Position numbers and translations under genes: made by a program
Origin: a virus
Taxonomy: Duplodnaviria > Caudoviricetes
IMG/VR virus record: IMGVR_UViG_3300010359_000066
Location: 1-27,270 of that record
DNA: 27,270 nt
Reading direction: 5' to 3' (one strand)
Notes under the pieces: model-generated
The model's database searches: none
Told to the model about the DNA's origin: nothing
The model's input: only the letters and a program-made list of their open reading frames with translations
In this document: positions 17,072 through 25,789 of the stretch, piece after piece
Layout of the letters: every line of letters begins with the position of its first letter
Numbering within the stretch: the stretch's first letter is position 1

Positions 17072-19230
17072 CGCTCGAGACGCCCAACGCCAGCGACCCC
17101 AGGGTCAACTACAACCCGGTTGGTGGCGAGCCGTTGCCGCCGACGTGGTCGCAGGGGCCACCTGGCCCCCCTGGGCCACAGGGGCCAATTGGCCCGGTCG
17201 GTCCGCCAGGCAAGGATGGCGCGACCGGCATCGCTGGCGACCAGGGTCCGCCAGGCGCCACCGGTACCCAGGGGCCGGTAGGCCCGGCTGGCCCCACAGG
17301 CTCGCAAGGGCCGCAAGGGCCGGGTGGTGTCCAGGGGCCACAGGGCGCCCAGGGCAACGTCGGCCCATCAGGCCCCGGTGGGCCTCCGGGTCCACAAGGT
17401 CCGATAGGGCCTGGGGTGAAGCCCGGTGGTACGGCTGGTCAGGTGTTGACGAAGCAGTCTGCGGCTGACTTCGACACGTACTGGCAGGCGCTGAGCGGTG
17501 GCGGCGGAATCACCCTGCCACTGACGCAGAACCTGACGTTCAGCCCTGACGCGACGTGGAACATCGGCACCAGTATCAGCGCTGGTCGGCCCTACCGCAT
17601 CTTCGCCATGAGCGATCTAACGCTCGGCAACAACGACATGCAGTTGACCGCCGACACGTTGGCGTCGTCGAGCAGCCTGACGCTCAGCGCGACCACGTCT
17701 CAGATGACGTTCAAGACCAACAACGTCTCGCGGTGGTACATCGACTTCAGCGGTCACTTCAGGGCGCAGACGGACAACACGTACGACATCGGCACTGTCA
17801 ACAGCACGCGGCCCCGCTCGATCTACGCCGCGACGAGTGTGGAGGCGCCGAGCAATTACCTCTACAACATGTACACCAACGCCTCGAACTACGAGCGGTT
17901 GGAGATCAACTGGTCGGGGAACGTCGCGTATCTGCTCTCCAGCGCCCTGGGCACCGCCACCCAGCGACCGCTGACCATCGGCACCAACGGCGGCTACCTG
18001 GCGCTGCGGACCAGCGGCACGGATCGCTGGACGGTCCAGCCCACCGGACACCTGGTCGCGGCTGCCGACAACGCGTACGACATCGGCGCGAGCGGGGCGA
18101 ACCGTCCGCGCGACGTGTACGTGGCGGACAAGCTTGCGGTCAACGCCACGCTGCCCACCGGCAACACGCGCTTTCAGGTCGGCGGCGACGGCTACATCAC
18201 CGGTCTCTTCGGCATCGGTGCCGGCCCACAGGGCGGGGTGGCGCTCACGGTGGGTGGCTCGAACTACGGCCACGGGTTGTGGAGCACGTGTGCGGTCAAC
18301 CCGGCTGGCAACGGCTGGCAGATCGACGCCGTGCGTGTGGATGGGGTGCCGACCAACACCGGCAGCTACACCAGCGTCGATTACCGCTCGTTCTATATCG
18401 GTGCCATCACCGTGCCGGCGGGGTACGCCTTCAACTACGGCCTGTACATCGGGGCGCCCAGCGGTGCTACCACCAACCTTGGTCTGTACAACGTGGGCGC
18501 CACGCAACTGATTGGCACGCTGAATGTTGGGAGTAACGCCACGCCGCCGACGATCAAGGCGTTTGGCGCCTCGCTGAGCATCGATTCACGCGCTAGTACG
18601 TACGTGACTGGCCTGAGTGGTACGGCAGTCACAGGCAACGCGTACTTTGATGGCACCAACTGGCAACGCTACGACACTGGCCAGCCGGCCACACTCGTCA
18701 ATCCCGCGCCGGCAGCCATTTATTTTTACACCGCGCCAGCCGGCGCAAACCCGATCCCGTGGGCTAACCGGGTGACGGTGGATGCCGCCAGCGGCCTGGT
18801 CACTATCGGTGGCAATCTCTCGGCGGCCAACTATCCGGCCGGTGCCTGGACTGCGGCGCCGTTCACTGCCAACCAGGGCGGTGCCGTCGGCGCAACGATG
18901 AACTCCAGCCGCTGGACTCAGCACGGCAAGACGGTCATCGTCAACCTCTATGGGCAGATGACGAGCGCCGGGGTGTCGGGCCAGGTGATTCAGATCATTC
19001 TGGACAACTCGGTTCCACCGCCGCTGAACGTTGGCGGGTATTTCACCAACGGGGTCTTCCTGTATGTGCGCTCCGGGGTCGCTTTTTACACCGGCGCGGT
19101 CACCATGGCCGGTGGCCGAACCCTCCAGCTAATGGACTCTGGCCAGAATAATTTCCTTGGTGCGACACCCGCGTTCGGCGCCGTCAATGGCGACTTCGTC
19201 TCGATTCATCTGGTGTACGAGACAGCCTGA
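17068..19230 (+). CDS. Tail fibre with collagen-like (Gly-X-Y) segment and beta-rich receptor-binding region
   Basis: About 29 G-X-Y triplets (~17155-17415), [10 protein letters not shown] motif, repeated D..YDIG....RP..+Y units. Confidence 0.85.
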   Translation: MTLETPNASDPRVNYNPVGGEPLPPTWSQGPPGPPGPQGPIGPVGPPGKDGATGIAGDQGPPGATGTQGPVGPAGPTGSQGPQGPGGVQGPQGAQGNVGPSGPGGPPGPQGPIGPGVKPGGTAGQVLTKQSAADFDTYWQALSGGGGITLPLTQNLTFSPDATWNIGTSISAGRPYRIFAMSDLTLGNNDMQLTADTLASSSSLTLSATTSQMTFKTNNVSRWYIDFSGHFRAQTDNTYDIGTVNSTRPRSIYAATSVEAPSNYLYNMYTNASNYERLEINWSGNVAYLLSSALGTATQRPLTIGTNGGYLALRTSGTDRWTVQPTGHLVAAADNAYDIGASGANRPRDVYVADKLAVNATLPTGNTRFQVGGDGYITGLFGIGAGPQGGVALTVGGSNYGHGLWSTCAVNPAGNGWQIDAVRVDGVPTNTGSYTSVDYRSFYIGAITVPAGYAFNYGLYIGAPSGATTNLGLYNVGATQLIGTLNVGSNATPPTIKAFGASLSIDSRASTYVTGLSGTAVTGNAYFDGTNWQRYDTGQPATLVNPAPAAIYFYTAPAGANPIPWANRVTVDAASGLVTIGGNLSAANYPAGAWTAAPFTANQGGAVGATMNSSRWTQHGKTVIVNLYGQMTSAGVSGQVIQIILDNSVPPPLNVGGYFTNGVFLYVRSGVAFYTGAVTMAGGRTLQLMDSGQNNFLGATPAFGAVNGDFVSIHLVYETA

Positions 19231-19233
19231 ACG

Positions 19234-21309
19234 ATGAGCCTGCTCAGTTCGCGTCGCCGCCCCTGGCCGTACCACATGCGCATCGGCTCGATCCTGGGTG
19301 ACGCAGTGTCGCGCCAGGGCTTCATGCTGGTGCCCAACGACCAGGGCCTGATGGTCGGGAAGAAACAGCAGATGCTCGATCAGGTGGTGCCCAGCGAGCA
19401 GGAGTACGGCTCGGCACCGGTGTACCGCGAGCGGACCTCGGTGCTGCGGCCGACGGCTGGCTATGGCGAGCGTGTCCAGTCCAGCTACGGCGATCGCCGC
19501 TACTACTGGGGGCACAACATTCAGGTGGAAGGTGGCCTGTTCGGCAAGGGGCCGCTGCTGCACAAGGTGGCCCCTGCCGCCGCCATCCCCGGCAACTACG
19601 GCGTGGTGAAGTTCATTGACGCGCCGCAGCCAGGTCTCACTGTGGCGCAGTTCATCCTCTCAGGGACCAAGGTCTTCCGACGGACTGATGACACCGACGT
19701 CGGGCAGATTGTCGATCGCGACTTCGGCTCTACGAAAGGCGTGATGGACGGCGTGGTATTCCAGGGCGGCTTCTCGGGTGCCCAGGCCAGCCTGTACGTC
19801 ACCAACCAGGCCGGCGAGCTATGGGAGCGCACCCCCGGCGGGACGTGGACGCAGTGCCTCCTGCCGAGTGGGTTCGCGGCGCACAAGCTGGAAGTGGTCG
19901 GCACCGAGCTATGGGCTGCGTACGTCCAGACCTCGGTCATTCGAAAGGTGACCTCGGACCCCAAGGTCGCTGCCAACTGGTCGGGTCCGTTCTTCATCGG
20001 CGACCCGTCGTCCAACATCTCAGCGCTGCGCCAGACCAACAACCAGCTTTGCATCTTCAAAGAGGATGGCTCGGTGTTCACGCTGAACTCCGACGGCTCG
20101 GCGAATGATCTGCTGCCTGGTCTCGCCGGCCCGAGTTCAGCAGACAACGGCTTCAGGGCCACGGCGTGGCTCGATCGCATCTGGTTCAAGGTTGGCCGTA
20201 CTACGTACTTCCTCTCAATGCCATCGGCCGAGCTTCAGCCGATCGGCCCAGGGCGCCTGCTCGATAACGCCTCACCCGTTCGGGGTGACTCATGCGCCTT
20301 CGTCGGCTGGGGTGGCTATCGGGCGTACATGACGCTCTACAACGCGGACACCTCGACCAGCTACCTGCTGAGCTATGGCAACTGGGAGTCCAGGGACACC
20401 AACGAGGGGCAAGCGCAGAAGGTCGCCTTCGATGACCAGTGGGACGGCAGCATGGCCGAGTGGCCGGGCCGTCACGCGACGGCGATGGGCATCTCGAACG
20501 CCAGCGGTTTTGATCGGATGTACATCGGCTTTGCCGATGGCCGGTGGGACTGGTTTCGCCTGAATCGCTCGGTGTTCGCGATCGGCGCGGATAGTCCCGT
20601 GGAGCCGCCGCCCGAGTTCACGACCGACGTCAGCGAGATCGTTTTCCCGCTGCACCACGCGATGTTCGCCGCCGACATCAAGCACTGGCTGGGCTTCTCG
20701 ATCTTCGGCCCGGTGATGCAACAGGGCGACGAGGTCCAGCTTTACTACCGCCTGATGGCCAGCGCCGGCGCCCCGCCGGTCGATCCGACGGCGCAGTGGA
20801 TCTACATCGGCGAGTTCATCAAGAACGGGCAGCGCATCCCGGCCCCGGCGAACCTGGCTGGCAACGCACTCTCGCTGAAGGCGCAGTTGTTCAACACCAA
20901 CCAGGCCGACACACCGATCCTTGAACTGGTCGCGGTCCACGAGCGAGTGGTCCCAGCGTTCAAACGCGACTTGCACCTGACCGTCGATGGCAACGGCTTC
21001 CACTCGCGCCTGGACGGCGCCGTCGTGCGCTTCGACGCCGACAAGGCCCACAAGACGATGATGGACGTCGCCGCCGCGCCAGGGTCGTGGGCAATCGAGC
21101 TACCCGACGAGACCGTCAACGAGATTGCCCTGTTCGGGTACTCCGAGCGAATGCTGCCGATGCAGGCAGGTGGCGGCCACTCCTGGGCGATCGACATCGA
21201 CATCACTCAGTTCCGGATCCTGACCATCTACGGGATCATCCGTCGCCTGCGGGGCACCCGCATCGGGGATCTCAAGGGCTACACGATTGCGAGCTTGCAG
21301 TACTTATGA
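19234..21309 (+). CDS. Tail nozzle / tubular protein B-like (predicted beta-propeller)
   Basis: 691 aa, beta-strand-rich repeats (LCIFKEDGSVF, LYVTNQAGELW); size and position match podovirus nozzle proteins. Confidence 0.55.
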   Translation: MSLLSSRRRPWPYHMRIGSILGDAVSRQGFMLVPNDQGLMVGKKQQMLDQVVPSEQEYGSAPVYRERTSVLRPTAGYGERVQSSYGDRRYYWGHNIQVEGGLFGKGPLLHKVAPAAAIPGNYGVVKFIDAPQPGLTVAQFILSGTKVFRRTDDTDVGQIVDRDFGSTKGVMDGVVFQGGFSGAQASLYVTNQAGELWERTPGGTWTQCLLPSGFAAHKLEVVGTELWAAYVQTSVIRKVTSDPKVAANWSGPFFIGDPSSNISALRQTNNQLCIFKEDGSVFTLNSDGSANDLLPGLAGPSSADNGFRATAWLDRIWFKVGRTTYFLSMPSAELQPIGPGRLLDNASPVRGDSCAFVGWGGYRAYMTLYNADTSTSYLLSYGNWESRDTNEGQAQKVAFDDQWDGSMAEWPGRHATAMGISNASGFDRMYIGFADGRWDWFRLNRSVFAIGADSPVEPPPEFTTDVSEIVFPLHHAMFAADIKHWLGFSIFGPVMQQGDEVQLYYRLMASAGAPPVDPTAQWIYIGEFIKNGQRIPAPANLAGNALSLKAQLFNTNQADTPILELVAVHERVVPAFKRDLHLTVDGNGFHSRLDGAVVRFDADKAHKTMMDVAAAPGSWAIELPDETVNEIALFGYSERMLPMQAGGGHSWAIDIDITQFRILTIYGIIRRLRGTRIGDLKGYTIASLQYL

Positions 21310-22553
21310 GCGACCTCACCAGCGAACTGAACCTCTCGCTTGCCGTTGACGACGACGACACTCGCGACTACCTGGCTCAGTCCCTGCGAGACAGCCTCAC
21401 GATCATCGATGGGCTGTTCAACCAGGCGACTGGCCACGCCCATAACGGCTCACATCAGGGTGGCCAGCTTCAGTTTCTGGACCTGAGCGTCGGCGGGAAT
21501 CTGACGGTCACGGGCGCCTCGGACCTCCACGGCTCGGTGCATTGCTACGCCAACCTGACGGTGAACGGCATCGCGACGCCCAATAGCCTCGACGTCACGA
21601 CCACCAGCCACCTGCGGGGTGCGGTGACGATGGACGCCGGCCTCACCATCACTGGCGCCATCAACTCCACGGGCACGGTCACCATCGGCACCGATTTACA
21701 GGTCAATCGCGACCTGGCGGTGGCACGGAACGCCAGCATCACCGGCACGCTCACTGTCGGTGCCATCACCACCGGCGGGGGTGGCCTGAACGTGGGCGGC
21801 AACCTGATTGCGAGCGGCGTCGTCATCGCCGCACGCTACTGCACGACTGGCTACGACACCGGTCAGGTGATGAGTATCAACGGCAGCGGCGTCGCCTCTG
21901 GCTACTGGTACCAGCGTGGCTCCACCAGCTACCGCTGCTACGACAATGCCGACTTCGCCTATGGTGTGGGGATCGCGGCCAGCACCCTGGTCCAGCGTGA
22001 CGGCTCGGGCCAGGTCCAGGCCCAGGGCGTGTACATGCCATCGGGCGCCCAGGGCGGACGCCCGACCTACGTCGTGGGCCAGACCGGCGACGGGTGGATG
22101 CGATGGTGGCCAGCGAACGCTATCGGCCCCCCAGCAGTGACACGCTTTATGCAAGGCAGCATCGGCGTCCCTGGCCTTGGTCCAGGCGGTGGCAACACCG
22201 ACGCCTACATCTCGGCGTGGTCCAACTCGCTGGGGGCGGGTGGGCTACCAGGCAGCACCTTCAGCGTCCCGTACGCCGGCTACTACTCGATTGCCGGCGG
22301 TTGCCAGGGCAGCAACCTGACAGGCAACAGCGAGACGCTGCGGATCCGCCTGATCTCCAGGGACCACGGCGAACTGGACAATGCCGACACCCCCATCAAG
22401 ATCAGCAGCTACTGGGGCGCGTACTTCTCGTGGTCGGGATTTCTGAACGCCGGCGAGACGCTGCGGATCAACTTCCAGACCAGTTTCGACGCGATCAACG
22501 GCCAGGGCGAACTGCTTGTGGCGTTCATCCCGGTCTCCGACTACCCCAACTGA
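21306..22553 (+). CDS. Tail spike/needle-like protein (415 aa)
   Basis: ATGA overlap gives start 21306; GHAHNG (HxH) motif; L.V.G.L.V.G trimeric beta-helix repeats; C-terminal beta-sandwich (FSVPYAGYYSI...LNAGETL). Confidence 0.65.
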   Translation: MSDLTSELNLSLAVDDDDTRDYLAQSLRDSLTIIDGLFNQATGHAHNGSHQGGQLQFLDLSVGGNLTVTGASDLHGSVHCYANLTVNGIATPNSLDVTTTSHLRGAVTMDAGLTITGAINSTGTVTIGTDLQVNRDLAVARNASITGTLTVGAITTGGGGLNVGGNLIASGVVIAARYCTTGYDTGQVMSINGSGVASGYWYQRGSTSYRCYDNADFAYGVGIAASTLVQRDGSGQVQAQGVYMPSGAQGGRPTYVVGQTGDGWMRWWPANAIGPPAVTRFMQGSIGVPGLGPGGGNTDAYISAWSNSLGAGGLPGSTFSVPYAGYYSIAGGCQGSNLTGNSETLRIRLISRDHGELDNADTPIKISSYWGAYFSWSGFLNAGETLRINFQTSFDAINGQGELLVAFIPVSDYPN

Positions 22554-22563
22554 GGAGGGACGC

Positions 22564-22863
22564 ATGGAAGGACTCGAGATCGTAGAGAACGGGGTGGCGG
22601 ACGCCCTGCCGCCGCTGTTCGATACGGAAGCACACCTGGGCGCTGGCGCCCTGCGGCGCTTGAGCCGGCTCCAGCAGCGTGTGGAGGGGGCTACGGACGT
22701 CGCCCAGGCCGCGATCAACGCACACACCGCCGCACGGCAGGCGTATGAGGAGGCCTTCTTGGCGGCCTGTGAGGACGCGCAGATCTTCGTCCCGCCGGGA
22801 CCGCACGACGTGGACATCGACTGGGCCAGCGGCGCGGTGCGCTTCACGGTGAAACAGCAGTGA
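22564..22863 (+). CDS. Helical protein (99 aa), possible fibre chaperone
   Basis: GAGGAGG RBS before ATG 22564; coiled-coil centre; follows the spike gene. Confidence 0.6.
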   Translation: MEGLEIVENGVADALPPLFDTEAHLGAGALRRLSRLQQRVEGATDVAQAAINAHTAARQAYEEAFLAACEDAQIFVPPGPHDVDIDWASGAVRFTVKQQ

Positions 22864-23042
22864 GCGAGTACTCCATCGGCCCTGGGGTGCTCCAGGCGAT
22901 GGCCGACGCCGGCGATGAGCCGAGGTCCGACGAGCAGTACGTGATCCTCGCCGAGGGGCACAAGATCTCGCAGACCTTCGGCCGCGATGCGCTCTACTAC
23001 TGGCTCGAGGAGGACAACGCGGTTCGCCGCGCTCCCTTTTGA
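22860..23042 (+). CDS. Endolysin N-terminal part (60 aa), putative cell-wall-binding module
   Basis: GTGA coupling; G.P.SDE.Y...Q.F...L.YW pattern reminiscent of LGFP-like wall-binding repeats; ends in CCC TTT TGA. Confidence 0.6.
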   Translation: MSEYSIGPGVLQAMADAGDEPRSDEQYVILAEGHKISQTFGRDALYYWLEEDNAVRRAPF

Positions 23043-23532
23043 GGCAGGTGGAAGCTGGCCCGAGCCGCCCGTCACGTGGGATCCGTACACCGACCAGCCA
23101 CCGCAGGTGTACTCGTGGACGTGCTCGGCCTGCGCCACGGACTGGGTGCTGCGAGCGACGCACATGGGCGGCAACGCCGACATCTACGCCGGCCGCGAGG
23201 ACACCATCTATGCCATTGGCTACCCGCAGAACATCAACCCCCAGTACGGCCTCATGGACGGCAGCGGGGCGCAGCTTCAGCGGGTGCTCGGCGAGTACGG
23301 CATGGACTCCGAGCACGGCTGGCTGGACTACGACACCGTGTACGCCCTGGCCCAGGACACCACGGGCATGATGTCGGGCGGCGCCTGGTACCACTGGGTC
23401 GCCTTGCGCGGCGTCCAGGGCCAGAACCTGTGGATCGCCAATTCAGCCCCTGGCTACAAGGGCGTGTGGGATGTCCTCAGCAGATCCGACTTCAACCGAC
23501 TCGGCCCCTTCTCAGTCGTCTACCTCGTCTGA
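23041..23532 (+). CDS. Endolysin catalytic part: C39-like cysteine peptidase, probably reached by +1 frameshift from 22860-23042
   Basis: Q...WTCS...YHWVAL...IANSAP (Q/C/H/N); protein-like sequence begins right at the upstream stop; lies just before the holin-like genes. Confidence 0.7.
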   Translation, partial: EAGGSWPEPPVTWDPYTDQPPQVYSWTCSACATDWVLRATHMGGNADIYAGREDTIYAIGYPQNINPQYGLMDGSGAQLQRVLGEYGMDSEHGWLDYDTVYALAQDTTGMMSGGAWYHWVALRGVQGQNLWIANSAPGYKGVWDVLSRSDFNRLGPFSVVYLV

Positions 23533-23746
23533 GCCGCCGCGTGATCCACGCGGCACGGTGGCGATCATCCTGGCCATCGCCGTCGGGGTGTCGCTACTGG
23601 TCTTCGAGGGCTATGTGCTCTACGAAGCTATCTCCAGCGTCAGGGGCTTGAGCGAGAACTCTACCCAGGTGCTCATCGCCGCCTTCTCAGGCCTCATCGG
23701 CGCCCTGGCGGTGTACCTGGGTGGCCGCGTCATCGGAGGGAAGTGA
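23471..23746 (+). CDS. Holin-like two-TM membrane protein (start uncertain: ATG 23471 or GTG 23558)
   Basis: Hydrophobic stretches VAIILAIAVGVSLLVF and VLIAAFSGLIGALAVYLGG. Confidence 0.6.
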   Translation: MSSADPTSTDSAPSQSSTSSEPPRDPRGTVAIILAIAVGVSLLVFEGYVLYEAISSVRGLSENSTQVLIAAFSGLIGALAVYLGGRVIGGK

Positions 23747-23747
23747 C

Positions 23748-23894
23748 ATGCAGATTGCTATGCCCACCATCACCGTCGGCTGGGTGATCGCGCTACTGGT
23801 GTTGATCCTGGCGATTGTGCTGATCGTCGTCAGTCAGGTGCCGCTCATCATCGGCCTGCTGATCGCGGGTGTCGCCCTGTCGCGGCTGCTCTAG
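23748..23894 (+). CDS. Second small membrane protein (48 aa, MQIAMPTITVGWVIALLVLILAIVL...), holin-like; absent from the ORF track
   Basis: GGAGGG RBS 7 nt upstream; two hydrophobic helices. Confidence 0.7.
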   Translation: MQIAMPTITVGWVIALLVLILAIVLIVVSQVPLIIGLLIAGVALSRLL

Positions 23895-24200
23895 CGCTTC
23901 TCGGGCGATGCCTATCATCGGTGTCTGGCCGTGCGCGATCTTCACTAGGGCTATTCGCAGACGTGCGACTTCAGCCCACGTGTCGGCCAGCTTCTGCTGC
24001 CATTGATCGTTCTCGGCTTCGGACTCGATCAGACGGGTGCGGAGCATGTCGATCTCTCGCTCGTAGATGGTCGCCACGCTGTTGGCCTGGGCGCGGAGTT
24101 CGTCACGCTCGCGTTCGACCTTCCGAATCGGATTGCGAGAGCAATCAGGATCGTGACCGGCGCGAGCATCCCACTCGCACTCAGCGCATTCGATGCTCAT
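23793..24200 (-). CDS. Hypothetical protein with C..C..H..C motif and coiled coil
   Basis: CAEC...GHDPDC, then ERERDELRA...EVARLR...AREAL, a pattern common in small phage early proteins. Confidence 0.65.
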   Translation of the reverse strand: MSIECAECEWDARAGHDPDCSRNPIRKVERERDELRAQANSVATIYEREIDMLRTRLIESEAENDQWQQKLADTWAEVARLRIALVKIAHGQTPMIGIAREALEQPRQGDTRDQQADDERHLTDDDQHNRQDQHQ

Positions 24201-24212
24201 GGTTTGGTAGAC

Positions 24213-24503
24213 CTAGCCATCTTTAGGGCTACCAAGCGGCGAGCGGACCCCCTCGTGGGTCATGCTGACCAGATCGAGAGGGCCGACGCCGTAGCTGACC
24301 GTGCCGTTGATGGCGCGGATTGTCAGGATGCCATCGCCGTAGCTCACGTCCGGGTGGTCGATGTTTTCCAGTAATGCGTCGGCGATACGGATTCGCTCGT
24401 CGGCTCGAAGGACCCGCAAAGAACCGTGGGGTTTGTCCAAGTCCAGCCGCATCGTTTCGATGACGCACTCTCCCGTCGGCGGCTTGTTAGATCTAAGCCC
24501 CAT
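24213..24503 (-). CDS. Hypothetical protein (start uncertain)
   Basis: Protein-like beta-rich sequence (GDGILTIRAINGTVSY); tiles between neighbours. Confidence 0.55.
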   Translation of the reverse strand: MGLRSNKPPTGECVIETMRLDLDKPHGSLRVLRADERIRIADALLENIDHPDVSYGDGILTIRAINGTVSYGVGPLDLVSMTHEGVRSPLGSPKDG

Positions 24504-24681
24504 GAGAGCTACCAAGTGGCTTGCGGCGTGGACATGGCTGCCAGGAAGCAGCGCTTCCAAGTTGTACGCCACACTTGATGCACACTGAATCCCAGCGTGG
24601 TGGCTGATCGGGGTTGTCGGGATTGCCCTGCCAGATATGGGCGGGGCGCCGCGAGATTCGCTTGGTCACTCTAGGCCCCAT
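24493..24681 (-). CDS. Small Zn-ribbon-like protein (62 aa)
   Basis: HIW...CIKCG...PCP; GAGG RBS. Confidence 0.55.
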   Translation of the reverse strand: MGPRVTKRISRRPAHIWQGNPDNPDQPPRWDSVCIKCGVQLGSAASWQPCPRRKPLGSSHGA

Positions 24682-24688
24682 TAGAGCC

Positions 24689-24883
24689 TCACGGGATCCG
24701 CGACAGGATGTTGAGCCCGAAGAGCACCACGGCGACGATGGTGCCGATGACCAGGGCGTAGATCGGCAGAATCAGCCCGACCAGGCGCCACGAGGCGGCA
24801 TCGATGCGGTCAACGATCCGTGCCTCGGTGTGGGCGAGGACTAGCTCTAGCTCGTGGTGCTGCACGTATTCCTGGGTGGCCAT
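24689..24883 (-). CDS. Small coiled-coil protein with C-terminal membrane anchor (64 aa)
   Basis: AGGAG RBS before ATG 24883; YV..HEL...EARI then a long hydrophobic helix. Confidence 0.7.
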   Translation of the reverse strand: MATQEYVQHHELELVLAHTEARIVDRIDAASWRLVGLILPIYALVIGTIVAVVLFGLNILSRIP

Positions 24884-24901
24884 CGTACTCCTGACTCCCT
24901 G

Positions 24902-25100
24902 CTTGGTACTCCAGAATGGTACTCTGCGAGGCCCGTGCTCACCCGCACTCACCGACGCTCAGCGACGCTCTTGAGATTGGATCGTGCCTTGTGAGGGGCC
25001 TCAAACGGGGGTGTGTTCTTCACGGCTGAACACGCACCTCCATCTCGTCTGAGATCAGAATGGGGCCTTTTCGGCCCCTTGGTACTTCGGATTAGTACTC
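24902..25100. repeat. Pair of 23-bp imperfect direct repeats flanking a hairpin-rich core (attP arm-site or operator-like)
   Basis: CTTGGTACTCCAGAATGGTACTC (24902-24924) vs CTTGGTACTTCGGATTAGTACTC (25078-25100), 19/23 identical. Confidence 0.7.
25062..25080. terminator. GC-rich hairpin, possible intrinsic terminator
   Basis: GGGGCC-TTTTC-GGCCCC; U-tract short on both strands. Confidence 0.45.
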
Positions 25101-25118
25101 AAAAATCCCCAGGTACCG

Positions 25119-25313
25119 TCAGCCATCCCGGTACACCCTCATGAACCGCTCAACAGTCTCCTCGCTGAGGCCGAATTCTGCGCCGGCGATTGACAAAGAG
25201 ACGACCCGGTCGCCGCGCAAAATCCCGTCCTCGTCAATGTGCCCCCGCACCACCATGGGGTTTCCAGCGTCGTCCATCGCGAGCATGTAGAGCGGGTTGG
25301 GGTACTCACTCAT
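25119..25313 (-). CDS. Hypothetical protein (64 aa)
   Basis: Overlap-coupled to the upstream gene; protein-like. Confidence 0.6.
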   Translation of the reverse strand: MSEYPNPLYMLAMDDAGNPMVVRGHIDEDGILRGDRVVSLSIAGAEFGLSEETVERFMRVYRDG

Positions 25314-25596
25314 CCAGCGGCACCAGCTTGATCGCCCTGGTCGGCTGCGGCATGCCAGGCGGCGCCACCCAGGTCTCCTCCAGCGGCACTACGCACAGGA
25401 ACATCGCGTCGCCACTGTGCTCGCGATGCCAGGCGATGTACGCCTCGGCGGCGGCACGGTTGGTGTAGGCGGTGATCACGTCAAACCACCCGTCCTTGAT
25501 GTCCGCGCACACCACGTAGACCCACCCCTTGGGCAGCGGTGTGTCGAAGATCTCTTTCAGCAGGGCTTCAGTTGCTCGGGTCGGAGTCTGTGTCAC
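25306..25596 (-). CDS. Hypothetical protein (96 aa)
   Basis: GGAGG RBS before GTG; VYVV....VITAYTNRAAAEAY pattern of small phage proteins. Confidence 0.7.
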   Translation of the reverse strand: MTQTPTRATEALLKEIFDTPLPKGWVYVVCADIKDGWFDVITAYTNRAAAEAYIAWHREHSGDAMFLCVVPLEETWVAPPGMPQPTRAIKLVPLDE

Positions 25597-25789
25597 GGAG
25601 CCTCCAGGCAGTCAGGTTGGGCGACTCGTGCTCACCCTCAGGCAAGCAGTCGCAGTCTTCGAGCAGGCACTCATCCGGGTCGCACATATGGCTGAGGCCG
25701 GCCACCTGCATGCAGCCGCAGACGGGGCAGTGATACATGCCGAGCGGCGCCCCCTTCAGGGCGACTGGATCCTCGGGGCACTTGACCAT
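25568..25789 (-). CDS. Cys-rich putative metal-binding protein (73 aa)
   Basis: TGATG coupling at 25789; YHCPVCGC...H.C...C...CDC. Confidence 0.65.
   Translation of the reverse strand: MVKCPEDPVALKGAPLGMYHCPVCGCMQVAGLSHMCDPDECLLEDCDCLPEGEHESPNLTAWRLRDTDSDPSN

Noticed and set aside
17105-17395. Antisense ORFs under the collagen repeat
   Set aside because: Products mirror the Gly-X-Y periodicity; not protein-like
17068-22553. Diversity-generating retroelement target/template repeats in fibre genes
   Set aside because: No ~100-bp near-duplicate differing at adenines was noticed by eye, and there is no reverse transcriptase in the window
22987-23040. ATG 22987 as endolysin start
   Set aside because: No RBS, lies inside the upstream coding ORF, and the first 15 residues look like off-frame translation
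24884-25118. CRISPR array or complete tRNA gene
   Set aside because: Only two imperfect long repeats with 176-bp spacing; no cloverleaf, T-loop or anticodon arm
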